Assembly: GCA_038883435.1 (NCBI GenBank)
Contig: JAVZMD010000002.1
Span: forward strand, 1 to 38,958
Origin: Thermoproteota archaeon
GTDB taxonomy: Archaea > Thermoproteota > EX4484-205 > JAAOZP01
Length of the DNA: 38,958 nucleotides
Direction of reading: 5' to 3'
Shown here: one piece after another, positions 26,216 to 34,613 of the stretch
Layout: each line of letters begins with the position of its first letter
Position numbering within the stretch: the first letter of the stretch is position 1
Program-made: the position numbers and the translations under genes
Notes under the pieces: model-generated
Told to the model about the DNA's origin: nothing
Database searches by the model: none
What the model saw: only the letters and a program-made list of their open reading frames with translations

Positions 26216-26584
26216 TCAAGATGGCGATGCCCATTTAGCATCTATAACTGTTTCAACCTCTTCCAATATAACCCTCTTAGAGTCAAAACGTATCAATTCA
26301 CGGTCTATTTCGAAATCACTCGCCTTCGTCCAGTATCTTTCGCGATCGTAGAAATCCATAACTGTCCCCGAATGTAAAAGTCCCTCCCCCCACCAACTGA
26401 TTGAATACTTGATTTCCTCTCCGAGAATCTTATCAAGAATCTCCTCCGAGGATATGTGGGAATAATCTTTGAAGAAATCCATTTTGCGGAGATACTCTAT
26501 TGAATCTATGAGTCACTTCCTAAGCTCAGGATTTACCATCCCATGATTAACTATGAAGCCAAACTTTTTAAACGTAACGCTCAC
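26216..26584 (-). pseudogene. Unknown protein interrupted by an in-frame TGA (88-aa track ORF plus a 34-codon in-frame upstream extension)
   Basis: The same frame reads VSVTFKKFGFIVNHGMVNPELRK-TGA-LIDSIEYLRK-MDFFKDYSH.... The 88-aa distal part (26216..26482) could still be expressed alone. Confidence 0.4.
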
Positions 26585-26706
26585 GCGTGCTTAAAATCAG
26601 TTAGCGGCGGTTCCTCAAGCATCTTAACAGAATGCAATATAATCTGGCAACTAAAAAGAATCAATAAATAATTATAAATAATTTTTTCATAGATTGATTA
26701 TGAAAG

Positions 26707-26803
26707 TGGGCCGAGCCAGACTCGAACTGGCAGCCTCCTGCGCTTGCTGTGCGTTTTTTCACGCATGTCAGGCAGGCGTCCTAACCACTTAGACGATCGG
26801 CCC
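26707..26803 (-). tRNA. tRNA-Val(GAC) with a 23-nt intron at the canonical 37/38 position (intron 26743..26765)
   Basis: Acceptor GGGCCGA/TCGGCCC, anticodon stem CCTGC/GCAGG, loop CTGACA|intron|C, T arm GCCAG-TTCGAGT-CTGGC, discriminator A. The intron contains a TGCGT/ACGCA hairpin. Confidence 0.85.
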
Positions 26804-26910
26804 ACGTTATTCTAGAGATATTTCTGTTTGGGGGGATTTTAACTTTTCTCTCGTTAATCGGCTGTTGAAAATGGTTTGGTTTAGAGTTTTAAAAGAGCCT
26901 GATTCTATGT

Positions 26911-27213
26911 TTACTCGAATAGTGCTCCTAGGCCAGCCATTTCTTCAACGGGTTTTTCTTCCTTCTTCTCCTCTTTCTTCTCTGCTGGTGCTTGTTGTGT
27001 AGCTGTGGCTGCGGCAGGTGCTATGGGGCCTATTGCCAGTGGTGAAGAGAGGACTTCGTCGATGTTTATTTTCGAAAGGGAGGATACAAGCACTTTTATT
27101 CTCGCTTCATCTGGCTCTATTCCAGCTGCTTTTATAATCTCCTTAATCTTCTCTTCAGTTATCTGCTGTTTCGCGGAGTGTAGTAGCAGGGCCGCGTGTA
27201 TATACTCAGACAT
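26911..27213 (-). CDS. rpl12: Ribosomal stalk protein P1 (archaeal L12)
   Basis: MSEYIHAALLLH..., an Ala/Pro hinge and an acidic tail ending EEMAGLGALFE. Confidence 0.9.
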   Translation of the reverse strand: MSEYIHAALLLHSAKQQITEEKIKEIIKAAGIEPDEARIKVLVSSLSKINIDEVLSSPLAIGPIAPAAATATQQAPAEKKEEKKEEKPVEEMAGLGALFE

Positions 27214-27259
27214 CAGTATTCACCCCAGAATCTCTGCAGCTTTTCTCAAAAGGGTGTTT

Positions 27260-28111
27260 TTAAGCTTTTTCAATGTTCTTCTCAAGCTGGTCTGCTAGGG
27301 CCTTTGCTGTTTGCAGCATTATTTTAATCGTGTTTTCATCGTAGTATTCTGCTTTAATACCTAGGCTAATGGCTTTAGAAAAGGCTTCTCTCAGCATTAT
27401 GCTAATGGTTTCAGGCGTTGGGAACAGGGCTGTGAGAGATATTTTAAGAGCGTTCTCGAAGCTTTTAACCATGCTGTTTTTGACGTCTTCTACGGTTGTT
27501 GAGAGAATGTCCTCCGTGTAAACAATTCCGTCGCATAATGCAGCGTATGCCTTAACATAGGCTTCAACGGGCTTTATGTTCAGTTTTGAGAGAACTGCTG
27601 CAAGCTGGGGTGTGATAACATCTCCCGGTTTTGCTACGACAGTATCCTTTGTTATCCATATGCTTCCGGTCTCGATCCTGGTTGGGAGACCCACTTCGTT
27701 TAAAGACGAGATCGCTGGGCCGGCTGGTAGGCCTGTGTTCCCGGCGGGGACTACTATTTCCCTGTCAACGATGTCTCCAGCACTTAGAGGCAGCCTCACG
27801 TAGTATTTTCTCAACTCCTGTTGCAGCTCATAGGGTTCTTCATTTGAAAGCACTATCATAAGGGAGCCGCTTGAGCCATGCTTTCTGATAAAGTCTCTAA
27901 GCCTCTGGGAGACTGTTTTCTCCGCAGCTTTTTGTAGTAGCGTTGTTTTAACGTGTTTTAATACGGCTCTTCCCCTTAACCTTCTCCTAGCCTCGTTTAC
28001 TGTTGAAGCCTTAACCTTGTAGGTTTTTACAAGCATTACTGTTCTATATGATTCTAGTAGGCTGAGTATCTCGTCGACGATCTTCTTCTTTAGAAGAAGC
28101 TGCTTACTCAA
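27260..28111 (-). CDS. rplP0: Ribosomal protein uL10 (P0)
   Basis: Position between uL1 and P1. 283 aa with a uL10-like N-terminal domain. Confidence 0.85.
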   Translation of the reverse strand: MSKQLLLKKKIVDEILSLLESYRTVMLVKTYKVKASTVNEARRRLRGRAVLKHVKTTLLQKAAEKTVSQRLRDFIRKHGSSGSLMIVLSNEEPYELQQELRKYYVRLPLSAGDIVDREIVVPAGNTGLPAGPAISSLNEVGLPTRIETGSIWITKDTVVAKPGDVITPQLAAVLSKLNIKPVEAYVKAYAALCDGIVYTEDILSTTVEDVKNSMVKSFENALKISLTALFPTPETISIMLREAFSKAISLGIKAEYYDENTIKIMLQTAKALADQLEKNIEKA

Positions 28112-28788
28112 GTCTTCCCGCCTCCGCGGAGCGCTTTGACTATTTTACCCATCGTAGTCTTAAACCCTATGAATCTTATTGTTGCAGAATGGGGGAGCCT
28201 CCTCTGCAATACAGATATGACTGCCTCCGCGTTCTCTAAGAGTTGTTGAATAGGCATTTCCTCATGTCCTATTTTACATGCTACCGATAGGCTTGATTTC
28301 ACGGTTGTCCTAATGCTCTTCCGCAGCCTATCAACTATTTGAGATATTGATGAAGCAGGTGGGACGGGAGTAGGCATCTTATTCTTTGGTCCTAGGAACT
28401 GCCCAAGCACCTTGCCTACAACTGGCATTAGCGGTGCCTCGGCTATGAAGAAGTCATATGATTGTGCAGTCTTCCTACAGATCTTCTTCTTTCCTGCCAT
28501 CGAGTTTAGAGAATCCTTCGTAATATGGTCTACTCCAAGGCTTCTGGCTTCAGGTATTAACGAGCCCTCTGTGAAAACGCATATTTTAGGAGGGTTTTTA
28601 TAGGGAGAATGTGGGAGTTCAACAAGCTCAGTGAACCTCTGGTCTGGCTTTGACAGGTCTACTCCGCTTAAAGATATAATCATTTCAACGCTCTGCTTAA
28701 ACCTCCTAGGCTTGTTATACTCTTTAGACAATGCTTTCTTCAACGCCTCCTCCATCGAATCCTTAGTGATTGGTATTGCCACTGACAT
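28108..28788 (-). CDS. rpl1: Ribosomal protein uL1
   Basis: RRFKQSVEMIISL, conserved operon position, 226 aa. Confidence 0.88.
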   Translation of the reverse strand: MSVAIPITKDSMEEALKKALSKEYNKPRRFKQSVEMIISLSGVDLSKPDQRFTELVELPHSPYKNPPKICVFTEGSLIPEARSLGVDHITKDSLNSMAGKKKICRKTAQSYDFFIAEAPLMPVVGKVLGQFLGPKNKMPTPVPPASSISQIVDRLRKSIRTTVKSSLSVACKIGHEEMPIQQLLENAEAVISVLQRRLPHSATIRFIGFKTTMGKIVKALRGGGKT

Positions 28789-28790
28789 CT

Positions 28791-29255
28791 CTATGCAGCC
28801 TCCTTGCTTAACAAGCTATCATATAAGCCCTTATTCACCTCTTTAATAACTTCCTTAGGAGGCTTAGAGTCTACTGTAACGCCCATGCTCTGACATGTTC
28901 CGAGAACTTCTTTAACGACGTTCTTCAGTGATTTAGCGTAGGTATCGTTCATCTTCATCTTAGCTATTTTAACAACACTTTGGAAGGAAATATTACCCTT
29001 ATTCTCCTTGCCCGGTGTCCCAGAGCCCTTGTCTATCCCAGCCTCTTTAGCTATTAGCGCCGAGGTTGTTGGAGTTTTGAGGGTAACTGTGAATTGTTTA
29101 GTGTCCGTATCAACCTCTACTTCAACTGGTATCTTCATACCCTTGAAATCCCTCGTAGCCTCGTTTATCTTGGCTACAACCGCCCCCACGTTAACTCCCA
29201 GTGGACCCAGCGCGGGACCGAGCGGGGGCCCGGGCGAAGCATTCCCACCCTCCAC
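28791..29255 (-). CDS. rpl11: Ribosomal protein uL11
   Basis: EGGNASPGPPLGPALGPLGVN hallmark. uL11-like sequence (AKKTISLIV) continues about 8 codons upstream of the GTG start with no canonical start codon there, so the exact start is uncertain. Confidence 0.88.
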   Translation of the reverse strand: MEGGNASPGPPLGPALGPLGVNVGAVVAKINEATRDFKGMKIPVEVEVDTDTKQFTVTLKTPTTSALIAKEAGIDKGSGTPGKENKGNISFQSVVKIAKMKMNDTYAKSLKNVVKEVLGTCQSMGVTVDSKPPKEVIKEVNKGLYDSLLSKEAA

Positions 29256-29345
29256 TATGAGGCTGATAGTCTTTTTAGCCAGTTTTCAGACACCTCTTTT
29301 AGCGTCAGAATTCACAAAGCCTTAAAAATATTTCCTAAGCTTTTT

Positions 29346-29822
29346 TTAGAGCTTTCCGGACGATTTCTCTACGACTCTCACACTGTCTATCTTAAGGGTT
29401 ATTGGGAACGGTGCTATGGCTCCGTCAAGCTCTACAGTAACCTCATTCCTCTCCGGGTTTATCTCTATGACTTTCGCACGGTTCTTCTTAAGCAAGCCGC
29501 TTACTATCTCGACAGTGTCCCCGACTCTGATTTCAGCTGCTACGGGCTTCTCTTCAAAATACTTTTTAAACTCGTCTACGCTCAGGCTGCCTTGCACCCT
29601 CCTCTTAATGTATTTTATATCCCTTATTGCCTCTTCTACTGGAAAAGGAGAATCCGCCTCTATGTATATATAGCCTTTTAAATCAGGCAGTACTATTATG
29701 GAATGTACTGGAAGCTTCTCAGTCTCGCATCTGTTCTTTATGAGGAGCGCCGAAGTCATCTCTTGGCCTACTGAGGTTCTTACAAGGAAAAACTTCGGCT
29801 CCACTCTCCTACTTTTTTCCAT
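29346..29822 (-). CDS. spt5: Transcription elongation factor Spt5 (NusG homolog): NGN plus KOW domains
   Basis: FLVRTSVGQE NGN start and a KOW segment (GDTVEIVSGLLKKNRAKVIEI). Position between secE and rpl11. Confidence 0.88.
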   Translation of the reverse strand: MEKSRRVEPKFFLVRTSVGQEMTSALLIKNRCETEKLPVHSIIVLPDLKGYIYIEADSPFPVEEAIRDIKYIKRRVQGSLSVDEFKKYFEEKPVAAEIRVGDTVEIVSGLLKKNRAKVIEINPERNEVTVELDGAIAPFPITLKIDSVRVVEKSSGKL

Positions 29823-29842
29823 TTTACAAACACCCTACGTTT

Positions 29843-30025
29843 CTAAGAGGGCAAACGCATTCCTCCTAAAAGTGAGGCTATTAGATGGATTATGAAAGCG
29901 AGACCTCCCACTACTAAAAGGCCTATTAAGAATACTTTAAGGGACAACATAAAGCTATCCTTATCTGGTTTCTCACTAACTTTCAAGACTCGAATAATCG
30001 TTTTGATTCTTTCCTTTATGTTCAT
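29843..30025 (-). CDS. secE: Preprotein translocase subunit SecE (Sec61 gamma)
   Basis: 60 aa with a single C-terminal TM segment. Conserved position upstream of spt5. Confidence 0.8.
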   Translation of the reverse strand: MNIKERIKTIIRVLKVSEKPDKDSFMLSLKVFLIGLLVVGGLAFIIHLIASLLGGMRLPS

Positions 30026-30081
30026 CGAAGTCTTCCAGTCAGTGTGTAGATGGATTCTTTAATATATTCTTTTCCCCAGCT

Positions 30082-30978
30082 TTAAACGCCGAAAAGGAGG
30101 TTTTTAACATACTTCTCCGGGTTAAACCTTTCCAAGTCGGAATACTTCTGCCCTGTTCCAACGTAAATAACTGGCTTCTTAGAAACATACGATACTGAAA
30201 GCGCTGCCCCACCCTTATCGTCAGCATCAAACTTAGCCAATATTATCGCGTCGTAACCAACGTGACTCTGAAAGTCTGAGGCCTGGTTCCAAGCATCGTT
30301 ACCAGTTAGAGCATCTACGACAAGTATCGTGTAAGAAGGTTCTACGACTCTTTTTATCTTCTTAAGCTCGTCCATAAGATTAACATCGGTATGCATCCTC
30401 CCCGCGGTATCTACCAGTACTGTCTCAACCCCCCTGCTCAACGCGTATGAAACCGCTTCGAAGCCTACGCTAGCAGGGTCTGAACCGTAATCCTTAAAGA
30501 TGATTGGAAGCCCTAGTGATTTTGCGTGCTGGCTTAACTGTTCTACAGCCCCAGCCCTAAAAGTATCGCTGCATGCGAGTATAACGCTTAAACCAGCTTT
30601 CTTAAACATATACGCTACTTTTGCTATTGTCGTAGTTTTCCCAACACCATTTACACCAACGAATAATAGTTTAAAGGGCTTTGGGGAGTTCTTTGCCTCC
30701 TCAATCAAGTCGAACCCGCTTCCCAATGTTTCAAGTAAGAATTTTTCAATCTCTTTCTCGACAATCCTCTTAACAGCACTCTTGTCGAAAAGCGGTGCTC
30801 TCTGACCCTCCAGTGCTTCAGCAAGTTTATTTTTCAACTCCTCTACGAAGGGGAATGCTACGTCACATGAAATCAGCCTAAGCCCATATTCGTCTAGAAC
30901 TTTCTCAAGCTCCCTCCTGCTTAAAGGTCTGGTTGAAATTGTTTCCACAAGTGACTTAAATAATTCGCCTACTTTCAT
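30082..30978 (-). CDS. ftsY: Signal recognition particle receptor FtsY
   Basis: GVNGVGKTTTIAK, DTFRAGAVEQL, DTAGR and KFD..DKGG SRP-GTPase motifs. Confidence 0.92.
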   Translation of the reverse strand: MKVGELFKSLVETISTRPLSRRELEKVLDEYGLRLISCDVAFPFVEELKNKLAEALEGQRAPLFDKSAVKRIVEKEIEKFLLETLGSGFDLIEEAKNSPKPFKLLFVGVNGVGKTTTIAKVAYMFKKAGLSVILACSDTFRAGAVEQLSQHAKSLGLPIIFKDYGSDPASVGFEAVSYALSRGVETVLVDTAGRMHTDVNLMDELKKIKRVVEPSYTILVVDALTGNDAWNQASDFQSHVGYDAIILAKFDADDKGGAALSVSYVSKKPVIYVGTGQKYSDLERFNPEKYVKNLLFGV

Positions 30979-30987
30979 TGAGAAACG

Positions 30988-31404
30988 CTATTTCCTCAGC
31001 TTTTCGTAAAGAGTCTGAACCCTACCCCTACTCTCCTCGATTTTAGCCTGCAGAGTACTCATTTGAGACTCGAGAGACCCCCTAGCGTTATTCAAATCAC
31101 TTATCCTCTTTTCAACAAGCTTAAGAGTTTCCTCCAGATTCCTCTCAATCAATATTCCTGAGCCCGCATTTACAAGAAACCTGTTGGTGTCTTTCAGAAG
31201 GGCTTTACCGTATACTCCGCCGCCTATGTCTATGAAAAGCTCTACGCCCTCGCCCGCCTTAGAAATGTCTTCAAGAGTTGATTTCGAAACTTGGAGGTCG
31301 TTTAGAGAAGCCAGTATCAACTGGTACCTTGATCTTAACTCCTCCATAAGGCTCTCGAAAGACCTTAACTCTGTAATCGCTTTTCTAAGCTCCTCTTCAC
31401 TCAT
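30988..31404 (-). CDS. pfdA: Prefoldin alpha subunit
   Basis: 138 aa coiled-coil/beta-hairpin/coiled-coil layout. Conserved LX-pfdA-ftsY gene order. Confidence 0.8.
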   Translation of the reverse strand: MSEEELRKAITELRSFESLMEELRSRYQLILASLNDLQVSKSTLEDISKAGEGVELFIDIGGGVYGKALLKDTNRFLVNAGSGILIERNLEETLKLVEKRISDLNNARGSLESQMSTLQAKIEESRGRVQTLYEKLRK

Positions 31405-31592
31405 TGGGTCTCGGGCTTAACCTCCTCTATGCTGAGTATTTTAATATTCTCCCTTTTAACCCTATGCTTACTACCTATTAATGAGTAGGCTTTTTCCAAG
31501 GCGACTTTCTGCGAAGAGGCTTCCACTTCTATGGAGAAGTGGGTTTTCCTCAATGGCTTTTCCATTATCCCTGAAATCCTGAACATTGCCAT
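31401..31592 (-). CDS. rplX: Ribosomal protein LX (eL20/L18Ae family)
   Basis: 63 aa, MFRISG...FSIEVEA...ALEKAYSLIGSKHRVKR pattern. Position between eif6 and pfdA. Confidence 0.8.
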   Translation of the reverse strand: MAMFRISGIMEKPLRKTHFSIEVEASSQKVALEKAYSLIGSKHRVKRENIKILSIEEVKPETQ

Positions 31593-31618
31593 GGCTCCCT
31601 ATGCAGAATAAGCCTTAT

Positions 31619-32296
31619 TTAAAAACTTCTGGTTGATGAAACCGCTAAAGATATATCCATAAGCTCAGTTCCTGTTGTGGATTCTCCAACCAATATACCG
31701 TTATGATTGACAAGCATCCCCAGCCTTATGAACATTAATCCGTTGTTAACACTAATAGCATAAGTCTTAAGCTTCAGCAAGTCTTCGACAAGCTTTTTCT
31801 CATCTTCATTTAGCAATTTTGAAACAAAACACAGCCTTTCGCCTGTTACTGCAAGAGCTCCGATCGACAAATAATTCGCCAAAGCTAAGAATTCGTAATC
31901 AATGTTTAACAAATCTATTATCTTCTCAGCATCTCGCCTAGGTACCCTAGGGGAGAATAATACGCCTCTGTCAGAGAGGAGCATCATATTCCCCCAGGCT
32001 TTAAGCTTACTATCAACAACCACAATCTCCTTCCCGAGCTTTTTTAATTCATCCAGCTCTTCATCTTCAACTGTATCCGGCACTATTATGAAGTTAGAAT
32101 TTGCTGCAATCATTGAAGATACTGCATGGATTCCGGCTATATTCGTAATGGCTATTGACTTAACCTTCAAAACATCAATTATCTTCCCTAAGAACCCTTG
32201 GGGGGTATTCTTGTTAACAACAGCATTATCCCCGAAGACCTTAGAATAAGCACCTATGTAAGGAGTTTTCCAGATGGATGCTTTAACTATCTCCAT
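31619..32296 (-). CDS. eif6: Translation initiation factor 6 (aIF6)
   Basis: 225 aa with a pentein-repeat-like sequence (NPYIGAY-type start; repeated ...N.NG.LV segments). Conserved neighbourhood. Confidence 0.85.
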   Translation of the reverse strand: MEIVKASIWKTPYIGAYSKVFGDNAVVNKNTPQGFLGKIIDVLKVKSIAITNIAGIHAVSSMIAANSNFIIVPDTVEDEELDELKKLGKEIVVVDSKLKAWGNMMLLSDRGVLFSPRVPRRDAEKIIDLLNIDYEFLALANYLSIGALAVTGERLCFVSKLLNEDEKKLVEDLLKLKTYAISVNNGLMFIRLGMLVNHNGILVGESTTGTELMDISLAVSSTRSF

Positions 32297-32299
32297 GAC

Positions 32300-32560
32300 C
32301 TATGGAAGCTCCACTAACACCTCGTCTTCTTCTACAACAGCCTTGACCTTTAAGTGTCCCTTCAAGACCCTACTAAGGTTTAGATGAATGTAATTGTTCA
32401 AATCGCGGCTTATGATGACCCTCTTATCCTTAAACATCTTAGACACTTTTTCCCTTATCTTCCTAATGGCAACTTCACGTCTGTCTGGAACAGGCGCGTT
32501 CTTAACCCTCGTCAGGTTTATGGAAAGCAAAACCTCATTATTCTTGCTCATAACAACCAC
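32300..32560 (-). CDS. rpl31e: Ribosomal protein eL31
   Basis: 86 aa. Conserved position between L39e and aIF6. R/K-rich with the ...AIRKIREKV... pattern. Confidence 0.8.
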   Translation of the reverse strand: MVVMSKNNEVLLSINLTRVKNAPVPDRREVAIRKIREKVSKMFKDKRVIISRDLNNYIHLNLSRVLKGHLKVKAVVEEDEVLVELP

Positions 32561-32561
32561 C

Positions 32562-32717
32562 TTAAAGACCTATCTTACTCCTCCGCCAGCTTCTCCAACG
32601 ATGTGTAAACCTTACTTTTCCACGCGTCTTAGCTATTACCCATGCTGGAACAGAATAAGCTCTTTTCAACTCAGCCTGTAGGCGAATTTTCTTTCCCAAC
32701 GGCTTGTTTCTAGCCAA
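32562..32717 (-). CDS. rpl39e: Ribosomal protein eL39 (51 aa, TTG start); absent from the supplied ORF track
   Basis: My translation of the minus strand is (M)ARNKPLGKKIRLQAELKRAYSVPAWVIAKTRGKVRFTHRWRSWRRSKIGL*, which closely follows the L39e pattern (..RNKP..KK.RLAKA......P.W...KT.G.V.....RR.WRR..L). Confidence 0.85.
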   Translation of the reverse strand: MARNKPLGKKIRLQAELKRAYSVPAWVIAKTRGKVRFTHRWRSWRRSKIGL

Positions 32718-32723
32718 TCTTCC

Positions 32724-33023
32724 TCACCTTATACCTTTCTTAGACGATAAGTATATCCTCTCCAGTATTTCCTTAAGCTCAGCGTCTTCAACGGGTATTT
32801 TAAGCTTACCCTGTTGCGCTAAAGCTATTAGGTACTTCTCAACTTGGTCTGCCAACTGAGGCTTAACCAGCCTAAGATTGTTTAAGCGGCTCCTAGCCTC
32901 AGGTGTGAAAACAATACGGCTCAGGGTCTTTACTACCCTCTGCTCCTCCTGCCTCCTCTTACTCTCTTCAAGCTCTCTACGCTTCTCCTCCAGAATCCTT
33001 GCGAGTTCCTCGTCCTCACTCAT
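32724..33023 (-). CDS. PDCD5/TFAR19-like dsDNA-binding protein
   Basis: 99 aa with a charged helical N-terminus and ...TPEARSRLNNLRLVKP..A..VE..LI.LAQ.G. Conserved position between rps19e and rpl39e. Confidence 0.8.
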   Translation of the reverse strand: MSEDEELARILEEKRRELEESKRRQEEQRVVKTLSRIVFTPEARSRLNNLRLVKPQLADQVEKYLIALAQQGKLKIPVEDAELKEILERIYLSSKKGIR

Positions 33024-33029
33024 ATTTCC

Positions 33030-33479
33030 CTAACTACCCTTTCCACTAGCTATTTCAAACGAAATCTTATCTAAGAGCGATACCCCTTTGGGAGTAAGCC
33101 ATCTTCCCTTATTTGTTTTAGCAACTAGCCCAGCAGCCTCAAGCTGTTGTAGAATCTTCCTTATTATTGCTCCCCCAGCCTTAACCTTGTGGGCCCTTCT
33201 CATTGGATACTTTTTTCTTCCACCGTAGACCTTCCTTAGCCTTGAAACCCCAATTGGACCTTTTACGTAAAGCTTCCTGAGAATCGAAGCAGCCCTAACA
33301 TACCACCAGTCTAAGCGGTCAGGTGGTCTCTGCCTATGAGGACCAGTCTTCACGAAAAGAGCCCACTCTGGTATTGATACTTCCTTAACATTCTCCCTGA
33401 GGTATTCTGCTAACCTCTCTATCAACCTGTCTGCAGGAACCGCCTTAGCGTGTACAGCCTCCAAGAGTATATCGAGCAT
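33030..33479 (-). CDS. rps19e: Ribosomal protein eS19
   Basis: The track ORF (to 33629) looks over-extended. eS19 similarity starts at MLDILLEAVHAKAVPADRLIERLAEYL (Met-51 of the ORF). This shorter start removes the overlap with the divergent nep1. Confidence 0.85.
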   Translation of the reverse strand: MLDILLEAVHAKAVPADRLIERLAEYLRENVKEVSIPEWALFVKTGPHRQRPPDRLDWWYVRAASILRKLYVKGPIGVSRLRKVYGGRKKYPMRRAHKVKAGGAIIRKILQQLEAAGLVAKTNKGRWLTPKGVSLLDKISFEIASGKGS

Positions 33480-33528
33480 TAGTTGGGAAGAGAAGGTTTT
33501 ATAAGGTTTAACAGGAACCCAGGGCAGG

Positions 33529-34209
33529 ATGAAATACCTGATATGTTTTTTCGACGCAAGCATGCAGCTGGTTCCAAGGGAAATCGCCTCCCATCCCCAG
33601 GCGGTTAAGAATGCTTTGAGAAAAGGCAAAAAACCCTGGGAAACAATGCTTGAGAGAAGTAAGCATCACAAGGCCATTCTAATGCTCAAAAACAGCGAGA
33701 AAAGAGGGAGGCCAGATATTCTTCATACGTGTCTTAATATGGTTTCAGACTCCCCCGTATATAAAAGGAGACTAGTGGAGGTTATCGTTCACACCATCGA
33801 GGACAAGTGGATAATCTTCCACGATAGGATAAGGTTTCCAGTAACTTACGATAACTTCATAGGACTAATGGAAAAACTCTTAATTGATGGTAAAATTTCA
33901 GACCCAAGTGGCAGGGTCCTCATGGAGATTGTTCCAAAGGAACAAGCTCTGAAGATTCTTGAGCCTTTTACGCATAGAACCATGCTTAGCGAATCAGGTG
34001 TAAGGGTTGGGATAAGGGAGTATGTTGAAAGAATCGTAAGAATGGAGAGGCCTACGTGTTTCTTCATAGGAGCATATCCTAAGGGAAGGCCTTCTAGTGA
34101 GATCTTGGAGATTGTAGATGAGGAAATATCAATATACGATGGGGTTTTAACCGCCTGGACTGTAACGGCATGGTTAACATACGAATTATTTAATCATGCT
34201 AGCCTATGA
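33529..34209 (+). CDS. nep1: Nep1/Emg1 SPOUT-class rRNA pseudouridine methyltransferase
   Basis: RGRPDILHTCLNMVSDSPV... and the C-terminal ISIYDGVLTAW pattern. Confidence 0.85.
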   Translation: MKYLICFFDASMQLVPREIASHPQAVKNALRKGKKPWETMLERSKHHKAILMLKNSEKRGRPDILHTCLNMVSDSPVYKRRLVEVIVHTIEDKWIIFHDRIRFPVTYDNFIGLMEKLLIDGKISDPSGRVLMEIVPKEQALKILEPFTHRTMLSESGVRVGIREYVERIVRMERPTCFFIGAYPKGRPSSEILEIVDEEISIYDGVLTAWTVTAWLTYELFNHASL

Positions 34210-34612
34210 ATATTCTTGACGCGATCACTCTTTCATAAACATCGTCTGATTCTCTAATCTCTGAGAATAAGCCGGATAGCTCTGCTATCTTCTGAGCAAG
34301 CAGATGGTAACAAGTATATGCTTCCCCAGTCATAACGTAGAAGAAGAAGTCTTTACAACTACAATATTTCACGGAAGGAAACACCAGGTACTCTTCGCCC
34401 CTACCGACTATTATCCACCTGACCCTCCCTGAGGGATGTAAAACATACTTCTTAACCCTCTTTAGAGCCACTATCTTAAGAGCCCTCCTACCTCTTTCCC
34501 CGAATGCTTGAATAAGCTTTTCTTCACACTCACGTGTAATACCTTTCTTCAAAATAATCTTGGCAACTTCCTCAGGTATTTTTTCAACGCTATCCTTATC
34601 TTCTACACTCAT
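34199..34612 (-). CDS. SWIM zinc-finger protein
   Basis: CxC...CxH arrangement: KYCSCKDFFFYVMTGEAYTCYHLLA. Confidence 0.65.
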   Translation of the reverse strand: MSVEDKDSVEKIPEEVAKIILKKGITRECEEKLIQAFGERGRRALKIVALKRVKKYVLHPSGRVRWIIVGRGEEYLVFPSVKYCSCKDFFFYVMTGEAYTCYHLLAQKIAELSGLFSEIRESDDVYERVIASRIFIG

Positions 34613-34613
34613 A

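Noticed and set aside
26513-26515. The in-frame TGA in the 26216..26584 frame as a selenocysteine or recoding site
   Set aside because: No SECIS-like element is evident, the region is full of other disrupted genes, and a downstream ATG can initiate the distal part. Pseudogenisation is more likely.
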